Position numbers and translations under genes: made by a program. Positions 34,734 through 43,577 of a DNA stretch of 44,099 bases are shown one piece after another. The number at the start of each line of letters is the position of its first letter. The first letter of the stretch is position 1. The notes below the pieces were generated by a model. It saw nothing but the letters and a program-made list of their open reading frames with translations. It made no database searches and was not told where the DNA came from. Source of the stretch: Escherichia phage TR1; sequence record OP087522.1, one strand, 5' to 3'.

Positions 34734-34764
34734 TAAAAAACCCTCCGAAGAGGGTTAATTTTTA
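34734..34764. terminator. bidirectional rho-independent terminator after major tail gene
   Basis: Hairpin CCCTC-CGAA-GAGGG flanked by A7 and T-rich runs. Confidence 0.55.
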
Positions 34765-35421
34765 TGCCAGTTCAGAAGCTACAGAACTCAGCCTTCCGCG
34801 GATGGACACCGCGATGGATACCGTTTCAATTTCGTTAACACCAATGCTTGGGGTGTCGTTGAAAGCGATAGTACCAGACTGAAGACGCATCTCCTGTGCA
34901 CGCGGCACGAACAGACGAATTGCAACAACCTGACCTGACTCATCGTAGTTACGCAGAATCGGATATACCGGGTTGGTGTATTCGTGCGCGAACGTGTAGG
35001 TGTTAGTTACCGCAGATTTATAGGTCGGAATCTGCTGTTCACGGTCATCGGACAAGCACTGGAAGTTAACGAATTGCTGTTCGCCACCGTCAGTAGATAC
35101 GTCCTGAACGCACGGAACTTCGAACCAGGAGGTGATCTTGACAACTTCACCAGTTAAGCCAGCCGGGAACTTTGTGGTGCTGGAGGTATCAATACCTTCA
35201 ACAGTTACTGACGTACCAGTGATTGCAGTCACTCGAACTTGCTTGTCAGCTAGAAGCGTTGAAGCAGAAGAGGTGAAAAGCAGGTAATCACCAACGACCA
35301 AACCAGACGCGTCAGATACAGTTAAAACAGGGGTAACTGCGTTAGAAATTGCAGTTACGTCGATTGCAGCTCCGCGAGAGCCTTCTACGAAGACCTGCGT
35401 GCCATTGCTGAGATGGGCCAT
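34762..35421 (-). CDS. major tail protein
   Basis: Position upstream of chaperone/tape-measure genes; 219 aa; strong terminator after it, consistent with a highly expressed structural gene. Confidence 0.55.
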   Translation of the reverse strand: MAHLSNGTQVFVEGSRGAAIDVTAISNAVTPVLTVSDASGLVVGDYLLFTSSASTLLADKQVRVTAITGTSVTVEGIDTSSTTKFPAGLTGEVVKITSWFEVPCVQDVSTDGGEQQFVNFQCLSDDREQQIPTYKSAVTNTYTFAHEYTNPVYPILRNYDESGQVVAIRLFVPRAQEMRLQSGTIAFNDTPSIGVNEIETVSIAVSIRGRLSSVASELA

Positions 35422-35436
35422 GTATTTTTCCTTTTG

Positions 35437-35838
35437 TTAGTCTAGACGAACATAAAAACGAACCGGGATAAACCACCCAGACTTGGATTTGATAACCGGG
35501 TTAACAACTCCAGACTCATAAATGGTCCCGCTGTCAAGCATTGTACCATCAACGATAGATTCTGCCAATTGATTAGCTATTTGTCTCGGCTTATCAATCC
35601 CAGTCCCCGGACTGAAGAACACTGAAATCTGCACCATGCCAACGTAGTATTTGCACTTCCTGCTTAACCCGTATGTTACTGTGTCAACTTCTGTGTAGTC
35701 GTACTTAAGCCAGATTGAGCCGTCCGCAGGAGGCGCAAAGGCAGCGTTCTCCCAAGCAACTGGATATCTGACAGGAAATTCATTTACCAACAAATCGTTG
35801 ACGAATTTCCTTGCTGCTAATGATAATTCATATTGCAC
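35437..35838 (-). CDS. tail-completion / tail terminator-like protein
   Basis: Position between head-tail joining genes and major tail protein; 133 aa. Confidence 0.4.
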   Translation of the reverse strand: MQYELSLAARKFVNDLLVNEFPVRYPVAWENAAFAPPADGSIWLKYDYTEVDTVTYGLSRKCKYYVGMVQISVFFSPGTGIDKPRQIANQLAESIVDGTMLDSGTIYESGVVNPVIKSKSGWFIPVRFYVRLD

Positions 35839-36265
35839 GGCGAGCCTCCTCTACTGCTTCCTGGAAATACCTACCCAGCCTTGCTTGCACCACACCTAAA
35901 ACGCCAGCTGGAGCCTGGCTTGAAGCTCCGTATTCAAGGTCGACCGCGTAATCAAGTCGATTGGTGATATAAATAACACTTGTAGCTTTTGAGTTGGCAA
36001 CCGCTCTAGCCTGTCTGGCGAGATATGTTTTGGTCTGGCCGCCAGTCTGGTCGTACTCATTGAGTGACTGCTGAGCTGGTGAGTTTGCGGAGATTTGCCA
36101 GTTAGCCTTGAATCTGCCGGTATCGACGGGTGAAAGGTCAACAATTGCGTTTGCTGTCTTGATAACCGTATTGGATACCACAATCCCAAAACCATCCTCC
36201 GCTCTGTCAATCCAGTCAGCAATAGATTTCTCAAACGTAACTACACTCCCCATGTTTCTAGCCAT
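35828..36265 (-). CDS. head-tail joining protein (putative); start uncertain (ORF track 36358)
   Basis: Gene order; start adjusted to remove long overlap with upstream gene. Confidence 0.4.
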   Translation of the reverse strand: MARNMGSVVTFEKSIADWIDRAEDGFGIVVSNTVIKTANAIVDLSPVDTGRFKANWQISANSPAQQSLNEYDQTGGQTKTYLARQARAVANSKATSVIYITNRLDYAVDLEYGASSQAPAGVLGVVQARLGRYFQEAVEEARRAI

Positions 36266-36629
36266 AAGTAGCCACCCTGCGAAGAATCGGACGATAACCA
36301 ACAGTCGTCCCTGTTGGTTTAACGGGGCGCGGGTCAACAACAACAAAAGTCTCACCATCGACTTTGATCTGATAACCCTGCTTGATTTCTACCTGGGCCG
36401 TGAAGATTCCGCGCTTATCGCCAAACTGGATAAACTCGCCATCGATATCGCGAGTCTTGATCTCTCGCACCAAGCCCTTTAGTTGGAATTTTCTTGCTGG
36501 AACCTCAACCTCAACTCCGTTAACGATTTCAACATACCCAGCGCCAGTGCTCATCTCGTAAACGCCATTGGCATCACTAAAGAAGTTAATGCCAGCGCGA
36601 GTGATTGATTCGATTTCATTGTAGTTCAT
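36258..36629 (-). CDS. head-tail joining protein (putative); start at ATG 36629 (ATGA coupling)
   Basis: Gene order; ORF track 36258..36719 trimmed to the coupled start. Confidence 0.4.
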   Translation of the reverse strand: MNYNEIESITRAGINFFSDANGVYEMSTGAGYVEIVNGVEVEVPARKFQLKGLVREIKTRDIDGEFIQFGDKRGIFTAQVEIKQGYQIKVDGETFVVVDPRPVKPTGTTVGYRPILRRVATYG

Positions 36630-37042
36630 CGGCAACCGCACCCACCGCCAGCAGCGGAAGTAATCAATCCAAATCCGCCGCCTTTCTTGCGGAGAAGTGC
36701 CTTGTACATGCGACCCCAAGAGGAAGATGATAAGTCACCCTGGATTGCTGATTGATTATCATAAGTGATAGAGAACTCACCGCTCAGTGCGTAACTTGCC
36801 ATTCTACGACTGTATGTTTCCAAGCCTTCATTCTCCCCCTTAAATGCGCCATCAGAAAGCATCAGGTGTAGTGCATAAAGGCCCACAGCGCGATCTGCAT
36901 CATTACCAAACTTATCCGCACATACGTAGAGACGCGCCAAATCGATCCACACATTAATTGATTCATCATCCACTGCCTTGAGCGCAGGAACAAGCGATCG
37001 CATAAACGCCAAGATTTCATCATTCATATTAGCTCCATACAA
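36626..37042 (-). CDS. head completion / connector-like protein (putative)
   Basis: Gene order downstream of capsid gene; 138 aa. Confidence 0.4.
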   Translation of the reverse strand: MYGANMNDEILAFMRSLVPALKAVDDESINVWIDLARLYVCADKFGNDADRAVGLYALHLMLSDGAFKGENEGLETYSRRMASYALSGEFSITYDNQSAIQGDLSSSSWGRMYKALLRKKGGGFGLITSAAGGGCGCR

Positions 37043-37068
37043 TAAAGGACGCCGAAGCGCCCTGTTTG

Positions 37069-37314
37069 TTATTTGTACTCGTTACCGGTCTCAGCTTCGG
37101 AGATAGTTTTCGGTTCTTTGCGCTTTTTCTTGCTAATAACTTCTTGCGCGATCTGCTTGGTTGTTTTGGCGTCACCTTCGATAGTGAGCTTGCCCTCTGC
37201 GATTAAACGCTTAAGGCCGTCGCAAATTACGTCAACCTCGAAAGTGTCACCAGGCAAATATTTCTCACCCTTGTAAACGATAAGGCAAGCACCAGTGTGT
37301 TCTAAACTAATCAT
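37069..37314 (-). CDS. hypothetical structural-module protein (81 aa)
   Basis: ORF track; -10-like TTATAAT upstream at about 37349-37368 (plus coordinates). Confidence 0.45.
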   Translation of the reverse strand: MISLEHTGACLIVYKGEKYLPGDTFEVDVICDGLKRLIAEGKLTIEGDAKTTKQIAQEVISKKKRKEPKTISEAETGNEYK

Positions 37315-37378
37315 CTTTGTCTCCTTTGTTTATCTGATTGGGTGATTATAACCCAACAATTCCATTTGGTACAGGCGT

Positions 37379-37402
37379 AAAAAAGCCCTCCGAAGAGGGC
37401 GA
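37379..37402 (-). terminator. rho-independent terminator after major capsid gene
   Basis: Hairpin GCCCTC-CGAA-GAGGGC plus T-run on minus strand. Confidence 0.6.
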
Positions 37403-37406
37403 TTTA

Positions 37407-38351
37407 TTATGCAAATGTGATGCCTTTGATTACTGCCATTGTCAGAGGGCGGTAGACAATCAAGCCAGTTGCCTTGGAAGTTACAGGATATTTGAAATGT
37501 AAATCCTTCGGCTGACCAGGTAAAACGTTTGTAACTTCCGGAATCTCGATGCTCATGTTGAGCGGATCCTTTTCAAACGCCAGCGCAGCTTTACCGCCAG
37601 CACCATCGTAGTTATCCAGGAACTGCATAAAGCGCAGGGTTACGCCTGGGTTGTTACGAGTAAACAACTCGCCATAGCTCAGGGTTGTATTATCAACAAG
37701 GCGCTGCATTACACGGCGAGCGGAAGCTGGCAGCAGAATGTCAGTTACATGGTGGAAGCCCTGTGTGCTGGTTTCTACAGCATCAATCATTGCGGTAACG
37801 TCGTTAACCGCGTTAATTGGATTGCTCCAGTTTGGAGTTGCAACAACGTTGTTGATGTTCGGCTGGTTAAATACGCTTACGATGCCGTGAGGTGCAGAGC
37901 CAGACCATACCAGTTTATCAAGCAGGTTGTCGTGAGCTTCAAAAGCCAAAGCCTGTTTGCGAGCGGACAGTGACTGACCAGTAGCAGCGCCAACTTTAAT
38001 CTCATCAACTGAGATCATAAACGCATTACCGAAGCGGAATACTTTACCCTGCTTCTCGGTCATGAAAGCATCAACCAGCGGCAGGTCGTCAGAGTAATCA
38101 GCGATGATCTGAGCAATACCAACACCATCGAACTCAGGGTATTCGAAGTATTTCGCGTGACCAGGGATTTCGTTGGTTACTGGGAAGATGTTGACAACTG
38201 AGTTGTCTGCGTATTCTTTTTCGTAAGCGCGATTCAGTGATGCGGTTAACTGCTTAACGGTCCAGATACCAGCAGCATCAGCCTTATCTACGCCCATTTG
38301 CTCTAGGTGAGCGGTGATTTTTGCTTGTTCTGCATCAAATTTAATGGCCAT
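37407..38351 (-). CDS. major capsid protein
   Basis: 314-aa ORF flanked by strong terminators, preceded by extended -10 promoter; order portal - scaffold - capsid. Confidence 0.6.
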   Translation of the reverse strand: MAIKFDAEQAKITAHLEQMGVDKADAAGIWTVKQLTASLNRAYEKEYADNSVVNIFPVTNEIPGHAKYFEYPEFDGVGIAQIIADYSDDLPLVDAFMTEKQGKVFRFGNAFMISVDEIKVGAATGQSLSARKQALAFEAHDNLLDKLVWSGSAPHGIVSVFNQPNINNVVATPNWSNPINAVNDVTAMIDAVETSTQGFHHVTDILLPASARRVMQRLVDNTTLSYGELFTRNNPGVTLRFMQFLDNYDGAGGKAALAFEKDPLNMSIEIPEVTNVLPGQPKDLHFKYPVTSKATGLIVYRPLTMAVIKGITFA

Positions 38352-38387
38352 TCTTGTTTATTCCTTTTCAGTTAGGTATGTACGAGT

Positions 38388-38430
38388 CAATTATACACTA
38401 GTTTGAGGACCGCGCAATGATTCTATCATG
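38388..38430 (-). promoter_or_regulatory. sigma70-type promoter with extended -10 (TGTATAAT) upstream of capsid gene
   Basis: TG-n-TATAAT at 38390-38397 (plus coordinates), about 39 nt from the ATG. Confidence 0.4.
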
Positions 38431-38446
38431 ACCAAGCGGAAGGTAT

Positions 38447-38476
38447 AAAAAAACCTCCCGAAGGAGGTTGTTTATT
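38447..38476 (-). terminator. rho-independent terminator
   Basis: Hairpin CCTCCCGAAGGAGG with T-run on minus strand. Confidence 0.6.
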
Positions 38477-38493
38477 TGTGCATTCGGATTTTG

Positions 38494-38988
38494 TTAAGCC
38501 ACAGTTGAGTCTGCGGATTGAATCAGCTGAACTTCAACCAGTGCGCCATCAACGCTTTCACTAGCTGATACATAGCCACCAGCAAATGTGAAACCAGTTC
38601 CCCAGGTAGAACGTCCCACTTTAGCGGCAACAACGCCACTTTCATTTACGTAAACTTTGTCACCAAATGCCGGAGCAGCTGCAAGAGTAGTGCGAACCCA
38701 AATACGACCAGAAGTCATTACGTTAACTGCCTCAAGGTCGCGAGCCTGACCATCTGGAGTCTCGTAGTGAGAACGAACAACAACGCCGTAAGGTTTAATT
38801 GCAGTTCCTGATATAGCCGGAAGGGCAACAACCTTGTGACCATCTACTGGCTGAGCGGTGCTAACACCTACGAATGTTCCAACCGGGATGCGAGTGGCAT
38901 CTTTGCCACCAACTACACAAGCACCATCGATATTATACAGGGAAGTATCAGCTACCATACCTGCCAGAGCTACAGAACGAATTGCCAT
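38494..38988 (-). CDS. head protein (possible decoration/structural protein)
   Basis: 164 aa, Gly/Val/Ala-rich beta-type composition; position between scaffold-like and capsid genes. Confidence 0.4.
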   Translation of the reverse strand: MAIRSVALAGMVADTSLYNIDGACVVGGKDATRIPVGTFVGVSTAQPVDGHKVVALPAISGTAIKPYGVVVRSHYETPDGQARDLEAVNVMTSGRIWVRTTLAAAPAFGDKVYVNESGVVAAKVGRSTWGTGFTFAGGYVSASESVDGALVEVQLIQSADSTVA

Positions 38989-38999
38989 TATCTATCTCC

Positions 39000-40112
39000 T
39001 TACTTTTTAATTTTAGCCAGACGAGCACGTGGGTCTAATTTCTTAGGTTCGTCAGCTTTGTCAGATTTGTCGGAAGCTACGGTAGCTTTACGAACTTCAG
39101 CCATTTTATCAGAATCCTTGGCAATGTCGAACGCTGCGTCGATGTATGCGTCGGATTTATCAGCAACATCAAGGCCGGAAACTTCTTTAACGTAAGCTAC
39201 TTTGATGCCTTTAGCATCCAGACCATCAGTCTTAATTCCAACCTCTGCGGCTACAGTAACCAGAGCGGCAAGTGCTTCAGCGTCGGCTTTAGCAGCTTTA
39301 ACGGCTTTCTCGATTTCAGCAGGCATCGCGTCTACTTTAGCCTTCAGCGCATCACGCTCAGCTTCAATGCAGTCGGCTTTGGTTTTAGCGTCAACTGCAT
39401 CTTTTTTAATAGCTTCAATGTGTGCGGCAACTTCTGGAGCGATTTCGAACTCCTGGGCGCCATCCAGTTTAATCTTAACCATTTCTTTAACATCCTCTTT
39501 AATAGAATCAACGCTGTCAGTATACGGGTTTTCCTGTTCTGCGTCCATATTCAATTTTGCAACACCTGCGCGACCTTTGTATACCATTGCAACGTGATTA
39601 ACAATAATGTTAGTTTGCAGTGCATCAAAACGAACCCAGTCAGGTGGAATTTCATCTTGGGACTCGTAATCACCATCAAGCTTGTATTCACCAGTCTCAT
39701 CACTCCCCCACCCTGGTGATTCAACATCAACGGTTGAGTAGCCTACAGATAACTCGGCGGCAATGCCAGATTTAGCTTTCTCGATTGATTCCTTGTCGTA
39801 AACGGTTAGTGGAACTACCACGTTCGAATCCTGACGCATTGCTGAGCCAGACACTGAGCCTACAACTACCTGCTTGGCATTATCAACGTTAACAAACACG
39901 TGGCCTAAGGTAATCGGCTTGCCCTGATAACTTGCAAGAGAATCAGCTTTAAAGACCTCTGAAGCTGGCCTAAATTCGCGTCGTTCCGAGCCATCTGGCA
40001 GGTAGTATGATTGCACGCCTACGCGAGCAACCACAGGTGTATCTACCAGGAATCCGTTTTCGTCAAATCGCGCTTTAACTTTTGCACTGTCATAACGAAT
40101 TTTAGCTTTCAA
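39000..40112 (-). CDS. head morphogenesis protein (protease/scaffold-like, C-terminal coiled-coil)
   Basis: C-terminal half Ala/Lys/Glu/Asp-rich (KAKADAEALAALVTVAAEVG...); directly downstream of portal. Confidence 0.45.
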   Translation of the reverse strand: MKAKIRYDSAKVKARFDENGFLVDTPVVARVGVQSYYLPDGSERREFRPASEVFKADSLASYQGKPITLGHVFVNVDNAKQVVVGSVSGSAMRQDSNVVVPLTVYDKESIEKAKSGIAAELSVGYSTVDVESPGWGSDETGEYKLDGDYESQDEIPPDWVRFDALQTNIIVNHVAMVYKGRAGVAKLNMDAEQENPYTDSVDSIKEDVKEMVKIKLDGAQEFEIAPEVAAHIEAIKKDAVDAKTKADCIEAERDALKAKVDAMPAEIEKAVKAAKADAEALAALVTVAAEVGIKTDGLDAKGIKVAYVKEVSGLDVADKSDAYIDAAFDIAKDSDKMAEVRKATVASDKSDKADEPKKLDPRARLAKIKK

Positions 40113-41403
40113 TTACAATCTCCTCTTTTGGTGATTCTTCTTGTGCGGGCTGCTCAGTTACAATCGAACCTTCACCAATCTTAACCTCAGGGGCTAATGC
40201 GCGCAAGGTATCTCGTGCTTCATCTGCGTCCATTACTCCGTTAGTGATGAGAGTGGCGATTGAATCAACGTTATTCTTCAGTATTTCAGCGCGGTCCTTC
40301 TTCGATTCCTGAGCTAGCGGATTAAACTCAACTGACCATTCCTGCTCGGTTGTGATGAACGGGATTAAAAAACCAAGAACAGGGAGTAATTCTTCATTTC
40401 TCTTGCGGTCGATTAGTTTATGGAATGTCTCCAGTGCTGTGTTTTGGCTTGATGATACACCGCCAACGTTACGGCCTTTGAGGATGATTTCATGAATACC
40501 GCTCAGGGCAACAATCCTGTCGAATTTCTTATCCAGGAATCCATCAATCCCGCCAATATCTGAATTAAGAACGCTGTACTCTTCAGACTCTGCATCGATA
40601 CCAATTGCACGACCAACGCCGGAATTATCATCAACCTGAGCCAGCCTTAACCTTGCCGCGCCAAAACCTTCTGCGTCGTCACACAATTCAGCAAGCCCCT
40701 TCGCCTTCCATACCGCCTGTTGCTTACGGCGCAATAACTGGGTTGCCAGTTTCTCGCACGTCTGATAATCCTTGATTGCCTCCAGTAGGTCAGGAACCAG
40801 AACGCTAGCACCCCACCCATCATTGCCGAGACGCAATGAGCTAGGAATCTTCTCTCCATCCATAATGTGAACTCGAGAGTAATGCACATCATAAAACGTG
40901 GAGCTACCTTCAGGTGTTATGCGGTACGTTAGTGGTTTTCCAAATCGAACATTGCGAGGATTCTCCTCCTTCGCTTGCACCCTCACCTGACTGCGATCGT
41001 ATACTCGAAGCGATTCAAGTTCAGCACCTTCACGTACCGGACTAGTTAGCGCACGATTATCCTTAACGATAGCCACAATAGCTGAGCCGCCGAACAACCT
41101 CGCCCATGACCATGCGTCAGAGATTGACTCGTTGACCTTTAGGTAATCCCACCTTGACCAGAATTCACCCTCGTTATCAATGCCATCAATATGGAAACCT
41201 GCGGCGATTGCTGTCTCTGGGATGGTATCGACGATGCGGCGAACCAGTGAGTTAGACACGTAAAGTGAATCGGCGAATGGTGGCGCAAGGTAAGTGTTGC
41301 CGAATTGCCCGTAAATCTCGCTACCATCACTAGTTCCACCCAGGAACTGCGTGGCGTATGAATCTGCTTTTACCATTTTCTTGCTCCAATAAAAAAGCCC
41401 CAT
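40102..41403 (-). CDS. portal protein
   Basis: 433 aa immediately downstream of terminase large subunit. Confidence 0.65.
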   Translation of the reverse strand: MGLFYWSKKMVKADSYATQFLGGTSDGSEIYGQFGNTYLAPPFADSLYVSNSLVRRIVDTIPETAIAAGFHIDGIDNEGEFWSRWDYLKVNESISDAWSWARLFGGSAIVAIVKDNRALTSPVREGAELESLRVYDRSQVRVQAKEENPRNVRFGKPLTYRITPEGSSTFYDVHYSRVHIMDGEKIPSSLRLGNDGWGASVLVPDLLEAIKDYQTCEKLATQLLRRKQQAVWKAKGLAELCDDAEGFGAARLRLAQVDDNSGVGRAIGIDAESEEYSVLNSDIGGIDGFLDKKFDRIVALSGIHEIILKGRNVGGVSSSQNTALETFHKLIDRKRNEELLPVLGFLIPFITTEQEWSVEFNPLAQESKKDRAEILKNNVDSIATLITNGVMDADEARDTLRALAPEVKIGEGSIVTEQPAQEESPKEEIVIES

Positions 41404-41425
41404 TTAAGAGGCTAGTTTATCACGC

Positions 41426-42997
41426 TTATTTAATTCCTGCTAATCGCATCATTCTCGCTTTAGGGTCTTCTGCGATGTTCAGTACCAGGTTGACAGCCAT
41501 CGTCAAACAGTCTATCTGGTCATCGTGCGAGTGAGAATCATCTGCCGTAAATGCTGCAATCTCTGTTAGCAATCCGTTAAGCCAATTTGCTGACTCAGGC
41601 AGGATAACGTTGCCAGCCTTAATCTGAGGAAGTGCACTCATTACGCGAGTCAGCTTGTCGTTATCTGGCACGTATGGCTCGATAGGCGTTCGCATAACCC
41701 TTCCTGCTGATTGAATCAGACCTATACCAGATGCTTTCTTCTCTATGATGATTTTACGAAGGATACCATCTGTCTGATTGGATGCCCTTGCCATCCTCTC
41801 GAAGTCTAATAGCTCTGCCTCTAGCTCTGGCGCCTCCCATTTACCACGTCGCTGGTCTAACAGGTAAATCTTGCCATCCTTATAGCCCCAGAGTTGCAGT
41901 ACACTAAAGTCACTGTAGCTTTTAGTGGTCATCGCGGTATCAAGCGTCATGAACCTGTAATCGTACTTAGCTGGCGGTCGCAGGGTGTCACTAATGCGCT
42001 GGAGCCAGTCTACGTTAATCAGGTTGCCACCTAGAGCTACAGGCTCCTGAGCATATTGACTAAGGAATGTGTAAGGATCAGCATCACGCATGGCTATCAA
42101 GTCTTCTATTGATTCCTTTGCTGGGAAGTAGCTGTAATACTTAACCCCATCGCGCTCTACAAATGGCGAAGAAAGAACGTCATCTATAAACTGCTGCCTA
42201 ATCCATTCAGGAAGCGTGTCGGCGTATTCTTCCGTGACTATTGCTGGAATTTTAACTACGTCGAATTTTATCCCCATCTGCCCTGACTCCATGAAGTGAC
42301 TAGTGTCAAGAACATGAAGCCTTTGCTGAACGGCTAATATTGGAGTCTCTTTTCCCTTAACTGAACTCGCCCTTCGTGAGCGAATTGTGTTCTTGAGAAG
42401 CATATTAACAGCCTCCCTCCTTACATTACTAAGCGCATCATCTGGCTTCAGCGGGTCATCAAGCATTATGCATCCACTGTAATCATCGGTCATGTAACCA
42501 CCACGCGAACCAGTCACCTGTCCAGCCATTGCCTTAGATATCGATTCAAACCTCACCTTTCCATCTTCATCTAGAACCTGAATCTCATCATCCCTGCAAG
42601 TCCCAAATGAGCAAGGCCAAAGTTCCTGAAACTCCTTTGACTTAATCAGGTCGCGCACACGCTTTGAGTTACGCTTAACCAATGAGTCAGAGAACGACAA
42701 ACTAAGATTTCTAACCTTCTTAATCTTGATCATGCTATATACAGGGAAATGTATACTAAAGAGCTCGGTTTTGGCTGATCCAGGAGCTACGTTTATGATG
42801 GTATCCTTTCTCTTACCATCAAGAATCTCATCTATGACACGACAAAGGTATTTAGCATGCCAATTCATTTTGAATCTCTCGCCTTGCGTTATCTGAAAGA
42901 AGCACCGCAAGAACCCTTCGAAACTATGCTCAGAGATTGCCTTTATAGCCATCTTTTCAGCGTGAGTCAGTTCATCCCAGACTATTAATTCACTCAT
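41426..42997 (-). CDS. terminase large subunit
   Basis: ATPase region (INVAPGSAKTE) and C-terminal acidic nuclease-like motif (TADDSHSHDDQIDCLTMA); 523 aa. Confidence 0.75.
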   Translation of the reverse strand: MSELIVWDELTHAEKMAIKAISEHSFEGFLRCFFQITQGERFKMNWHAKYLCRVIDEILDGKRKDTIINVAPGSAKTELFSIHFPVYSMIKIKKVRNLSLSFSDSLVKRNSKRVRDLIKSKEFQELWPCSFGTCRDDEIQVLDEDGKVRFESISKAMAGQVTGSRGGYMTDDYSGCIMLDDPLKPDDALSNVRREAVNMLLKNTIRSRRASSVKGKETPILAVQQRLHVLDTSHFMESGQMGIKFDVVKIPAIVTEEYADTLPEWIRQQFIDDVLSSPFVERDGVKYYSYFPAKESIEDLIAMRDADPYTFLSQYAQEPVALGGNLINVDWLQRISDTLRPPAKYDYRFMTLDTAMTTKSYSDFSVLQLWGYKDGKIYLLDQRRGKWEAPELEAELLDFERMARASNQTDGILRKIIIEKKASGIGLIQSAGRVMRTPIEPYVPDNDKLTRVMSALPQIKAGNVILPESANWLNGLLTEIAAFTADDSHSHDDQIDCLTMAVNLVLNIAEDPKARMMRLAGIK

Positions 42998-42999
42998 TG

Positions 43000-43506
43000 T
43001 TACGCTCTCGTATTTAGGTAGCCTTTATTTTCAGAGCCATGATTTTCATGATATCCGTTCAATTTGTCATACTGCGACCTTGCCAATGCAGCCTCCTCTA
43101 TAGTGTCCTTGTAGCATATGAAGACTGTTTTACCAAACTCTCTAGCCTGAACAAGCCATCTATTCTCTCTTTTGCACCAGCTTACACCGTTTATTCCGCT
43201 TTTATTTCTTGATGATAGTGATCTGTTATTTGAGTTCTCTTTATTGCTTACTAACCTTAAGTTCTCTATTCTATTGTCACTTCTATTTTGGTTTATGTGA
43301 TCTATGTACATGCCTTTAGGGATTGCTCCATTGTGCATCTCCCACACCACCCTGTGACACCTGTATGCTTTTTGTCTATACTTTAGTATCACATAGCCAA
43401 ATTTATCAACTCTTCCGGCCACCTCTCCAACCTTTGATACATTTGCTACTTTTACCTTTCTTATTAAAAGCCCGTCTCTATATTCAAAAATATCATGCCA
43501 ATTCAT
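43000..43506 (-). CDS. HNH-AP2 homing endonuclease (paralog family copy 4) inserted between TerS and TerL
   Basis: MNWHDIFEY..., HRVVWEMHNG...DHINQNRSDNRIENLR, AP2-like C-terminus; own promoter cassette. Confidence 0.75.
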   Translation of the reverse strand: MNWHDIFEYRDGLLIRKVKVANVSKVGEVAGRVDKFGYVILKYRQKAYRCHRVVWEMHNGAIPKGMYIDHINQNRSDNRIENLRLVSNKENSNNRSLSSRNKSGINGVSWCKRENRWLVQAREFGKTVFICYKDTIEEAALARSQYDKLNGYHENHGSENKGYLNTRA

Positions 43507-43534
43507 ATGATCACCTCGCTAGTTTGTTGGGCCC

Positions 43535-43577
43535 ATTATCTCATTGATTGGGCCTCTTCTTTTAACAAAAAGTGCTA
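43535..43577 (-). promoter_or_regulatory. promoter cassette copy: palindrome TAACA-AAAAG-TGCTA (43563-43577), 22-bp spacer with hairpin, -10 GATAAT (43535-43540)
   Basis: Measured. Confidence 0.5.
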
